Source: Bdellovibrionota bacterium
GTDB lineage: Bacteria > Bdellovibrionota_C > UBA2361 > JBIKWN01
Length of the DNA stretch: 19,988 nt
NCBI GenBank assembly: GCA_044356295.1
Contig: JBIKWN010000045.1
Location: 1 to 19,988 of the forward strand
Direction: 5' to 3'
In this document: in pieces, positions 1-8,979 of the stretch
How the letters are laid out: every line of letters begins with the position of its first letter
Position numbering within the stretch: position 1 is the stretch's first letter
Program-made: the position numbers and the translations under genes
Notes under the pieces: generated by a model
Databases searched by the model: none
Told to the model about the DNA's origin: nothing
The model's input: the letters and a program-made list of their open reading frames with translations, nothing else

Positions 1-25
1 ACGAACCCCACGTATTTTATTCCAG

Positions 26-56
26 CCTTCGCTAACCCCGCGACCTTCGCGTTACT
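26..56. repeat. One arm of a 9-bp-periodic palindromic (REP-like) repeat, same family as 19931-19988
   Basis: CCTTCGCTAACCCCGCGACCTTCGCGTTACT matches the reverse complement of 19931-19961 at 27/31 nt; 39-56 is a perfect 18-bp inverted match to 19931-19948. Confidence 0.8.
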
Positions 57-126
57 AAAATGTACTCAATTATTTTCTACCGCACAGTGATAGTCGTGAT
101 ATTTGCAAGTTCTTAAGATTATAACC

Positions 127-1770
127 CTAGACAGCCGTAGCAATAAGCTCTTCAGCAGACTTTTTGCTGCTCGCTGTTACTTCAAAACCAGAGAGCATTC
201 TGGCTATCTCTTCTACCCGCTCATTTTTCTTGTTCAGTTCGCGGACACTCGTAGTTACTTTTTTCGTACCCAATTTTTCTACAAGCAAATGATGATCTGC
301 ATATGATGCTACCTGCGGAAGGTGCGTAATACAGATAACCTGAGAATCTTTCGATAAAGTTTTTAACTTCTGTCCAACTGCACGAGCAACACCACCTGAT
401 ATCCCAGTATCAACTTCATCAAAAACCAATACATTCACCCCAGATCGATCACGGAGTATTTTTTTAAGTACAAGCATGATTCGTGATAGTTCCCCACCAG
501 ATGCGATTGCACGCAGCGGCTTTGGTGGTTCACCCGGATTAGACGAAAGTAAAAACTCGACATCATCAATACCTAACAAAGATAACTCTTTCTTCTTAAT
601 TGAGACAGAAAGTTTAGCGCCTGACATATTGAGCTCTGAAAGCTCTTTTGAAACTTGATCGGCAAGTTTTTTTGCAGCGAAACTTCTTTTCTGACTAAGT
701 GTTTGAGCTAGTTTTTCTGCTGTAGCTTGGAGCGCAGAAACTTCCGAAGCTCTTTTTAACAAGGATTCACTATTACTGAGCAGAATTAATTCTTCTTTAG
801 AAGCAGCAAGTAGCTTTTCAAGTGCCGCATCATCGCATTTATGTTTTCTTTCTAATCGAGAAAGAATTGTTAACTTTTCAGAGAGTTCTTCAAGGTCGTC
901 TTCTGAAAGGTCTATGGATTTTTTCTTTAGAAATTTATCAGCATCAAATATATATTCATTCGCTTTTGTAAGAGATTCTAAAGCATCGCTATATCCTGTT
1001 TCGATTTTACATAAGTCAGAAATAGTGTGCATCGCCTTTGAAAGTGCAGAAAGAAGCCCATCTTCATCTTCAAAACTTTGTTGAGCACGCTGTAGAGAAT
1101 CTTGTAGCTTTGTCTTTAGTGAATACTTTTTATATTGCTCCTCAAGGCTTGTTCTCATACCCGCGTGAATTTCTATTGAAGAAAGTTCTGATACCGTTTC
1201 TTCAAGCCAAATTTGCCGAGCTTCTTTGTCTGCATAGGATTTCTGGAGCTCTAAAAGTTCCTTATTTTTCTCGCTCCATTTTTGAAATGCTATTTTGTAT
1301 TCTTCTCGCAGACTCTGTTCCTGAAGAAATCCATCAAGCAACTCTAAATGAAATTCAGGAAGAAGTAGTTTGATCTGCTGACTTTGACTACAGATATTAA
1401 TAAAACGATTGCCGATCTCTTGCAGCACACCAACGGTGCTTATTGCGCCATTTATATAAACTTTTCCACGTCCATTTTTAGAAAGAACGCGACTAACCGC
1501 TAGCTCTTCTGTTTGCGCAATATCAGGAAGCTCTGCGATTTTTTCAGGAGATAATTTTGACAGATCAAAATGTGCATGCACTTCTAGGGATTCATGACCT
1601 GTTTTGATATTTTGAATGGAAGAACGTCCACCTAAGATAAGTTCTAATGCAGAAAGAATTATCGATTTACCTGAACCTGTTTCACCAGTCAGAACATTTA
1701 ATCCTTCTTCAAAGCGAATTGATTGGTTCTCTATGATTGCGAAATTAGAGATTTGTAACTCAGTGAGCAC
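127..1770 (-). CDS. recN: DNA repair protein RecN
   Basis: 547 aa SMC-like ATPase: Walker A (LTGETGSGKS), long coiled coil, signature ASGGELSR, Walker B (VLVFDEVDTGISG), QVICITHLPQVA; GTG start; conserved position downstream of NAD kinase. Confidence 0.98.
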   Translation of the reverse strand: MLTELQISNFAIIENQSIRFEEGLNVLTGETGSGKSIILSALELILGGRSSIQNIKTGHESLEVHAHFDLSKLSPEKIAELPDIAQTEELAVSRVLSKNGRGKVYINGAISTVGVLQEIGNRFINICSQSQQIKLLLPEFHLELLDGFLQEQSLREEYKIAFQKWSEKNKELLELQKSYADKEARQIWLEETVSELSSIEIHAGMRTSLEEQYKKYSLKTKLQDSLQRAQQSFEDEDGLLSALSKAMHTISDLCKIETGYSDALESLTKANEYIFDADKFLKKKSIDLSEDDLEELSEKLTILSRLERKHKCDDAALEKLLAASKEELILLSNSESLLKRASEVSALQATAEKLAQTLSQKRSFAAKKLADQVSKELSELNMSGAKLSVSIKKKELSLLGIDDVEFLLSSNPGEPPKPLRAIASGGELSRIMLVLKKILRDRSGVNVLVFDEVDTGISGGVARAVGQKLKTLSKDSQVICITHLPQVASYADHHLLVEKLGTKKVTTSVRELNKKNERVEEIARMLSGFEVTASSKKSAEELIATAV

Positions 1771-2653
1771 GGTTTGGAATCCCCCAGTTTATTTTTGCTG
1801 TTAAAAGATCAAAATATGAAAGGCCTTCTACGTGTGCGAGTCGCACCACCGTTTTGGATTCAGTTACTTCTACAATCTGATTACTTGGAAGTGGCATACG
1901 CTCTTGCCCATCGACAATCATCATCACTGTTCCACTTGAATCACTCGCACTGACACGAATCACACTGTTACCAGGCAAAATTAACGGGCGTACCGTCAAC
2001 GAATGGGGACAGATTGGTGTGAGCAAGATGACCGATAAATCAGGATGAACAATTGAACCGCCAGCAGCCAATGAATAAGCAGTAGAACCTGTTGGCGTTG
2101 AAAGTATCAGTCCATCAGCTCGAATTCGAGCAAGTGGTGCACCATCAATAGTCACATCAAGATTTAAAAGATTCTCTGTACCACCTTTAATAACAACATC
2201 ATTTAAAGCTTGAGTTTCACACAGCACTTTTTTCTGATCGTTTTTCAAACGAGCAGAGAGCATATTTCGTGTTGCCGTTTTGGCTTTTCCATCTTTGATC
2301 TGGTCAAGCATTGTAAAAAGTTGATTTGTACTTACTTCAGCTAGATAACCAAGAGTTCCAAAGTTAACTCCTATCATCACCGTCTTATCACTTGCGACAA
2401 GTCGAGCAACACCAATCAATGTACCATCTCCACCAATCGAAATAACATGTGAACATTCTGCAGGAACACTTTTTAAGTCAGGAAGCTCTTGAAAATCATT
2501 TATTCCAAATTCACGGCACAACAAAGCTGTTCTTGGATCCATTGCCAATGGAATCGATTCACGTTTAAGCCATTCGACAAGATCAAACACAAGTGATTTT
2601 GCTTGTGTCAGTTTCGGTTTAAGTACTAGTCCAACTTTTTTCATCTTTTGCAT
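1760..2653 (-). CDS. nadK: NAD(+) kinase
   Basis: GGDGT motif, G-x-LGYL, ND motif (ALNDVVI), DGLILSTPTGSTAYSLAAGG, TPICPH; overlaps the recN start by 11 nt. Confidence 0.97.
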   Translation of the reverse strand: MQKMKKVGLVLKPKLTQAKSLVFDLVEWLKRESIPLAMDPRTALLCREFGINDFQELPDLKSVPAECSHVISIGGDGTLIGVARLVASDKTVMIGVNFGTLGYLAEVSTNQLFTMLDQIKDGKAKTATRNMLSARLKNDQKKVLCETQALNDVVIKGGTENLLNLDVTIDGAPLARIRADGLILSTPTGSTAYSLAAGGSIVHPDLSVILLTPICPHSLTVRPLILPGNSVIRVSASDSSGTVMMIVDGQERMPLPSNQIVEVTESKTVVRLAHVEGLSYFDLLTAKINWGIPNRAH

Positions 2654-2656
2654 TTT

Positions 2657-3124
2657 CTAGTTGTTCAAGAGTTTTCGATACCGCTCTTTGATTATCTCTT
2701 CTGTTCGGTAAGGTTCATTACCAATAAGCGCAGCACCTCTCCCAGGACCACTGGCGACAGTTTTATAAACTGCATCGTAACCGGATTTTGTCTTATTGGG
2801 GAGAAGATTTGTAATATAAAGAGGCTCGTAGTCTGCCACCGATATTGCGGCGTTTCCTAGCACATAAAGTGCATACCAAGGGGTTATTAGTATTCCACCT
2901 ATGTTTATAAGGAAGTCCCCGAACCCTTGCCCATACAAGAAATTGCCCCCTACTTCACCCGTTAACTTTTGGGACTGCTCCTGGGTTAAAGGTTTTTTTA
3001 AAAAATCTAATGTTGGATCTGGCTCTTTCTTTTTTAGTACGCCACAACTCGTTAAAAATAAAATAGAAACAAGTGCGAAGGTTGATGTCCTTTTATAAAA
3101 TGATGGAACAATGCTTTTGGTCAT
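2657..3124 (-). CDS. Hypothetical lipoprotein (about 155 aa)
   Basis: From ATG 3124: MTKSIVPSFYKRTSTFALVSILFLTSC has a basic n-region, a hydrophobic h-region and an LTS-C lipobox. There is a second hydrophobic segment (FLINIGGILITPWYALYVLG). Its stop lies 3 nt before the nadK start. The ORF track's upstream extension to 3241 is probably not translated. Confidence 0.7.
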   Translation of the reverse strand: MTKSIVPSFYKRTSTFALVSILFLTSCGVLKKKEPDPTLDFLKKPLTQEQSQKLTGEVGGNFLYGQGFGDFLINIGGILITPWYALYVLGNAAISVADYEPLYITNLLPNKTKSGYDAVYKTVASGPGRGAALIGNEPYRTEEIIKERYRKLLNN

Positions 3125-3267
3125 GTATACAGCGCCTACTTTAGTTTCAGATCTTTGGTGTTTAAGAATACCTTGAAGTGTAAGATTACGCACCGTAGGA
3201 TAACTGCCCCTTGAGCGTAGACCTGAACCATTTAAGTCCAATGCGGCTCCTATAAGAGAGCCTACTT

Positions 3268-3633
3268 TTATTCCTTATGATGAGAGTTATTTCTAAAATC
3301 AATGTTAAGCAGCAATCTGGCTTCTTCAATGACATTCCACAACCCTGAACTAGAATTTGCTTTTATTCGAGTTTTTTTCCTACACGTGCACGTCCTCTAT
3401 TGAAGAAGATCTAAAAGACTGAATTGCTGTCTCACCTCCATGAATGTTGACTCAAGATAGTTTTGAGCTTCTTTTTTCCCGATTTGCTTTGAAAGCTCAG
3501 CGAATACTTCAGAAAAGTTTGTACTTAAGTTAAGGGTTGTAAGAATTGAATTCACCCCGAGGAAATTTTGCATCACAAGCCACCATTTAACATCCATCGA
3601 CAAACCTGCCTCATAGCCTTCAATACTAATCTC
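3268..3633 (-). pseudogene. Probable gene remnant (68-aa ORF 3397-3603 plus in-frame continuation)
   Basis: The frame is open from 3633 to TAG at 3397-3399, then stays open for 42 more codons (RTCTCRKKTRIKANSSSGLWNVIEEARLLLNIDFRNNSHHKE) to TAA at 3268-3270. No family recognised. Confidence 0.3.
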
Positions 3634-3746
3634 CTACTCTAAACAAGCATCTCATGGTAACTTTCTCATTGAAAACCATGATCGCTACTGCATTGCGTTT
3701 TTAGATTTTTCTTTTACGTGAGTGTAGAAAGCACCGAGAAATAATT

Positions 3747-4502
3747 ATGGAAATTGGAAATATTGTAAAAGAGGTTCTGCCTGTATTTACAGCCCGTTGT
3801 AGTCAAGTGACTGACCGTATCTCTGATGTTGCTTGGTATCCATATGGTACCCTATCAAATTTCAATCATATTGATACGTTACTGACTGCTCCATTTAGAG
3901 ACCTCAATGTTCTTATTGGTGATAAACCTGTACTCGACCTAGGTTGTGCAGATGGACATTTCGGTTTTTTATTAGAGACTTTAGGTTATAGAGTAGACTT
4001 TTGTGATTACTCAGCTACAAATTTTAATGGACTCGTTGGACTTAAAACCCTTCACACGGAGCTCAGTAGTTCAACTCAAATATTAGAAAAAAATTTGGAT
4101 AGTCAATTTAATCTTCAAAACACCTATGGTTTAACAGTATTTTTGGGACTGTTATATCATTTAAAAAATCCTTTTTATATTCTCGAGCAATTAGCACTAC
4201 GCAGTCAGTATTGCCTTATTAGTACAAAAGTATTTCAGGTTGTAGATGGATTTGAGCAGCAATTAGCGAATGTCCCCGTTGCATATCTATTAGGTCCAAC
4301 GGAAGCCAATAATGATTCGACGAACTATTGGGTTTTCTCACGAGCTGGATTAATAAGATTGTTTGAACGAACTGGATGGGAAGTATTATGCTAAAAATCT
4401 TTTGGCTGCACAGAACAATCAGATCCAAGTTCACCAGAAAGAGATGAGCGTCTGTTTTGCCTGCTAAAAAGTAATAAAATGGAAAGACTATTGGGAACAT
4501 AA
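3747..4502 (+). pseudogene. Class I SAM-dependent methyltransferase (DUF1698/CmoB-like) with an internal in-frame TAA at 4392-4394
   Basis: SAM motif I VLDLGCADGHFG; FLGLLYHLKNPF; NYWVFSRAGLIRLFERTGW. After the TAA the same frame continues for 35 codons (KSFGCTEQSDPSSPERDERLFCLLKSNKMERLLGT) to TAA 4500-4502, which abuts the terminator. Confidence 0.75.
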
Positions 4503-4540
4503 AAAAACCCCTCGTAACTGAAAAAGTTATGGGGGGTTAT
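4501..4540. terminator. Intrinsic terminator between convergent genes (U-tract on the minus strand)
   Basis: Stem AACCCCTCGTAACT (4506-4519) / AGTTATGGGGGGTT (4525-4538) with two G-U pairs on the + strand and a 5-nt loop; A7 at 4501-4507 reads as U7 on the minus strand. Confidence 0.7.
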
Positions 4541-4563
4541 GAGGTTTAACTTATGGAAAGTAA

Positions 4564-5175
4564 TTAGTTATTATTCCCTAAAGTTGCTGCACAACAAGTA
4601 GCAGTAACATTAAGTGTGTACTGACCAGCTAATTGATAAGCTCTGACCTCTACACCAACTGGATAGTTATAAGGACCACTTTGAGTTGTAGAGAAAAGAT
4701 CTTTCTTATAAGTAGTAGCCGTGGCTTGGTTAGACACATCCCATGATGCTGACAACATGAAATTGCCTTCTGAACAATAAACTTTTTGAGTCTCTTCGCC
4801 AGAACCAGTTCTTGATGCAGATACTTGTGTACAAGATCCTAAGTTAACTAATCCTGCATCACCTTTTGCTCCAGTTGGACCTTGTGGACCTTGTGCTCCG
4901 GTCTCACCTTGTGGAACTGTTGCACCCTGTGGACCAGTTGGACCAGTTTGTAATGAATCCAGACTAGGAGTTTGAGTTGGTAGAAGCGCTTTTACAAAAC
5001 CGTCTCTACATTTAGTTGCACGATTGACAATTGGGTAAAAGGAATTGCGACTTCCAGGCTTTACGCAGAACCCGACAGTATTTACTTGAGCAGAAGCAAT
5101 CGAAGGGAGAACCCCTACAGCAGCTATAAGAACAAGTGAGAGCATTTTACAATTTAGTTTCACAAATATCTCCAT
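4564..5175 (-). CDS. Secreted protein with a short collagen-like Gly-X-Y tract and Cys-containing flanking domains
   Basis: Sec signal peptide (MLSLVLIAAVGVLPSIASA-Q; the start could be 5145); 10 Gly-X-Y triplets at 4852-4944; Cys pair upstream of the tract; C-terminal beta-rich domain with C...C...CC. Confidence 0.8.
   Translation of the reverse strand: MEIFVKLNCKMLSLVLIAAVGVLPSIASAQVNTVGFCVKPGSRNSFYPIVNRATKCRDGFVKALLPTQTPSLDSLQTGPTGPQGATVPQGETGAQGPQGPTGAKGDAGLVNLGSCTQVSASRTGSGEETQKVYCSEGNFMLSASWDVSNQATATTYKKDLFSTTQSGPYNYPVGVEVRAYQLAGQYTLNVTATCCAATLGNNN
4852..4944 (-). repeat. Collagen-like (Gly-X-Y)10 coding repeat
   Basis: GPT GPQ GAT VPQ GET GAQ GPQ GPT GAK GDA G; one Gly position is Val (GTT at 4915-4917). 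Confidence 0.85.
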
Positions 5176-5294
5176 TAAATAGATTTAGTAATTTTAAAAA
5201 TTCGATGTCCGGTAGAATATACTAAAGACATTTCGGATCAGTGTGTAATAAACTCATCAATGTTCTCTATAGTCAAACATTCTTGATTAAAACC

Positions 5295-5496
5295 TCTGAA
5301 TTTTTGGCTCTAGAATTCCTAGCCAGAGATTTCCCCTGATATTTCAAACAGATAGGAACTACTAACCAGGCACTTGGGGGCCTATGCCTCGAGGATTAGA
5401 GCTAGAGCCGTTCAGAAGATATGTTTGGTACAGGGTAACTTTCAATATGAAGTAACCTACAAAAAAAGTATTATAAAATCCGAGTTACCTTGTACC
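5295..5496. other. Intergenic region with nested inverted repeats (candidate structured RNA or small repeat element)
   Basis: Pairings: GGCTCTAG 5306-5313 / CTAGAGCC 5402-5409, extended by TCTGAA 5295-5300 / TTCAGA 5411-5416; TTCCTA 5316-5321 / TAGGAA 5353-5358; AGGCA 5368-5372 / TGCCT 5385-5389; separate 14-bp stem 5427-5440 / 5483-5496. Confidence 0.4.
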
Positions 5497-5530
5497 TACG
5501 GTGTCTCTCTTAGAGGTTAATTAGATTTTT

Positions 5531-6457
5531 CTATAACCAGCCGTGATACAGATCCGAAAGAGTATCATCTATCTCAATAGTCGGCTGCCATCCAAGTTCC
5601 TTATTTGCTTTCTCGAAGCTACCATAAATCGTCGGAGTCTCAGCAGGTCGCATCCGCTCTGGATCTTCCTCAATCACAACAGAAAGACCACTAATACTAA
5701 TTAATTTTTCAAGGATGGTTTTAATTTTGAGCGGACGCCCTGAACAGAAATTATAAGTTCCAGATCCTTTTTCAGCTGCAAGTCGGTATCCTCGAACAAT
5801 ATCTTTCACATCGCTAAAATCTCGCTCTGCTTCTAAGTTTCCTACTTTAATACGAGGCTCTGCTTTCCCGTTTTTTATATCTGCAAGCTGTTTTGCAAAA
5901 CTTGAGGCAACAAATCTGGGATCTTGTCCTGCACCAATATGGTTAAATGGGCGAGCTATTATTGGAGTAATCAGCTTACTTCGTTCAGCATACTTTTGAA
6001 CAAGCTGTTCTGCGTATAATTTTGAAAGACTATAATTACTTTGTGGTTTTGGAATATGTTTTTCGTTTAAAGGAAGATCTGTGGTATCAATTTTTCCGTA
6101 CACTTCAGCAGAACTAATACAAACAAAAGTTGTAGGATAATCCAATAGAAATGGAATCCGGATAATATTATTTACACCTGCAACATTTATCTGAAGTGTT
6201 CTTTCAAAATTACTCTCTGCTTCAGGTACAAAAGCAATTCCAGCTAAATGAAAGATCACTTCTGGTTTTACATCAGAAAGGACTCGAGAACATTCTGCAA
6301 AATTGAGAATATCAAGTTTTTCGTATCGAGTGTTCTGTATTCGTACTTTAGGCTCAATCACATAGGTAGCAGTAACATCATACCCATGGGCTAGTAATTC
6401 CTTAATCAGATAAGGTCCAACAAACCCACATGCACCAGTGACAAGTGCTTTCTTCAC
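5531..6457 (-). CDS. rmd: GDP-4-dehydro-6-deoxy-D-mannose reductase (Rmd-like extended SDR)
   Basis: GxxGxxG (TGACGFVG), HLAG, SSAEVYG, YSLSK, ARPFNHIGAGQ, VGNLEAERDFSDVKDIVRGY, DPERMRPAE; directly downstream of gmd; GTG start. Confidence 0.85.
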   Translation of the reverse strand: MKKALVTGACGFVGPYLIKELLAHGYDVTATYVIEPKVRIQNTRYEKLDILNFAECSRVLSDVKPEVIFHLAGIAFVPEAESNFERTLQINVAGVNNIIRIPFLLDYPTTFVCISSAEVYGKIDTTDLPLNEKHIPKPQSNYSLSKLYAEQLVQKYAERSKLITPIIARPFNHIGAGQDPRFVASSFAKQLADIKNGKAEPRIKVGNLEAERDFSDVKDIVRGYRLAAEKGSGTYNFCSGRPLKIKTILEKLISISGLSVVIEEDPERMRPAETPTIYGSFEKANKELGWQPTIEIDDTLSDLYHGWL

Positions 6458-6467
6458 AAAAACCTAT

Positions 6468-7442
<975 letters not shown>

Positions 7443-7547
7443 TTAAGTCTAACCGTCGAAATGCGAGAGGTAAAGTGAGTCGTTCTGACCAAAATATGAA
7501 CACAAAACCTTTACTAGCTGGAAATCAACTGTAAGATATCAGGCTGT

Positions 7548-7904
7548 ATGAGCGATTCAATGTTCCAAAAAACCTTCAATGACCAAATTAGTGTTAAAGA
7601 CATTGATATCCCCAATCCTAACCCCGGTTTGCTAGACGAAAACTATCCTTCACCATCAATTAAAACATTTGTTGCTAAACCCATGGTTGTACTCCAAATG
7701 ATATTTGATGGAGAAAATTCACTGAGTGCTTTTTCAGGGGATCCAGTCTGTTCCTATTATGTTGTTCATCCCAAAAATGATAAAAATGCCAAGGTTTTCA
7801 TCTGCCATTTTCAATCAGATACTGAAGAAAGAGTCTTTGAATGTGATGCGAATGATTTTACTTCTGAAGCTCAGGCGTACATCCCTGCTGTTTATATCTC
7901 GTAG
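7548..7904 (+). CDS. Hypothetical acidic protein (118 aa)
   Basis: ATG-initiated ORF that fills the gmd-manC gap without overlap and has protein-like composition; no family recognised. Confidence 0.65.
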   Translation: MSDSMFQKTFNDQISVKDIDIPNPNPGLLDENYPSPSIKTFVAKPMVVLQMIFDGENSLSAFSGDPVCSYYVVHPKNDKNAKVFICHFQSDTEERVFECDANDFTSEAQAYIPAVYIS

Positions 7905-7917
7905 TACCAAGATTACT

Positions 7918-8979
7918 CTAAATAAGCTCACGTCTCTCTTCAGACTTTAAATATTCAACAACTTTTTTAACATCTTGAACTCTACTTCGAGGACAGATAA
8001 GCACTGCATCGCCGGAATCAATCACAACAATATCTTCAACCCCAACGAGCGCAATAAACTTACCGGTTGAATATACAACCGATCCACTTGATTCAATTGC
8101 AATTGCATCTCCATGCAAAAGATTTTCTTTCTGATCTTTTTTAAAGTGCTCTGCCCAAGCATCCCACGAACCAACATCATTCCAACCAAAATCAATCGCC
8201 GGAACAACTGCACAATTTCTTGCAAGCTCGAGAACTCCGAAATCAATAGACGTCGATTCCATCTCTTGAAATGCTTTCTCAATTGTTTTCTTTTCAAGTG
8301 CAGTACCAAGGGACAACTCAATCGTTAATAATTGCTCATAAAGTTGCGGCATGTATTCTTCAATAGCTTCCAGAATTACAGAAGCACGCCATACAAACAT
8401 ACCACTATTCCAGAAAAAATCTGGACTCTTACAATACTCAATTGCACGCTCTACGTTAGGCTTTTCAAAGAAACGGCGAACCATAAAACCATCTTCACCA
8501 AGAGGAACACCTTTTTTGATATATCCATATCCAGTATTTGGATAGCTTGGTTTTATGCCGATAGTCACCATGACTTCATGTTTTGTTGCGAGTGATATTC
8601 CCGCATTCAATGACTGACATAACTTTGCTTCATCTGTAACAGAATGGTCTGCAGGAAGCACTACCATCACAGGATCAATGCCTTGTTTGCGAAGCGAGAT
8701 AGCAGCAAATCCAATACTTGCTGCAGTATTTTTTCCAAGCGGCTCTAGTAGAAGGGTTGCATTCGGAAGGTGCTGTTTTGCCAGTGATTCATGAAGGACA
8801 TTAGTTACAACAAGAGGTTGGCGCTTCGACAAACTTTCAACTCTGCGAGCAGTGGCTTGTATTAAGCTCTCACCATTAGCACTAATTGAAAGAAACTGTT
8901 TCGGTTTCTCCATTCTGCTTATCGGCCAAAAACGACTGCCTTGACCACCTGCCATAATTACAACTTGAATATCACTCAT
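7918..8979 (-). CDS. manC: Mannose-1-phosphate guanylyltransferase (short form without a C-terminal PMI domain)
   Basis: IMAGGQGSRFWPISR-KPKQFL, EPLGKNTA, PADH, TGYGYI, FFEKP, WNSGMF, SIDFGVLE, WNDVGSW; 353 aa. Confidence 0.95.
   Translation of the reverse strand: MSDIQVVIMAGGQGSRFWPISRMEKPKQFLSISANGESLIQATARRVESLSKRQPLVVTNVLHESLAKQHLPNATLLLEPLGKNTAASIGFAAISLRKQGIDPVMVVLPADHSVTDEAKLCQSLNAGISLATKHEVMVTIGIKPSYPNTGYGYIKKGVPLGEDGFMVRRFFEKPNVERAIEYCKSPDFFWNSGMFVWRASVILEAIEEYMPQLYEQLLTIELSLGTALEKKTIEKAFQEMESTSIDFGVLELARNCAVVPAIDFGWNDVGSWDAWAEHFKKDQKENLLHGDAIAIESSGSVVYSTGKFIALVGVEDIVVIDSGDAVLICPRSRVQDVKKVVEYLKSEERRELI

Noticed and set aside
3125..3241. N-terminal extensions in the ORF track (lipoprotein from 3241; also Nif3 from 15203)
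   Set aside because: Downstream ATGs place the lipoprotein signal and the family N-terminus at the expected positions.
3268..4502. Stop-codon reassignment or programmed read-through
   Set aside because: The two interruptions use different codons (TAG and TAA), and conserved genes in the window end at their expected lengths with TAG, TAA and TGA.
5295..5496. tRNA, 6S RNA or a known riboswitch
   Set aside because: No T-loop or cloverleaf, no long rod with a central bubble, and no aptamer consensus I recognise; kept only as an unnamed candidate.
7510..7537. Possible sigma70 promoter TTTACT-N16-TAAGAT before the 7548 ORF
   Set aside because: Weak match in AT-rich DNA; it cannot be told apart from chance without TSS data.
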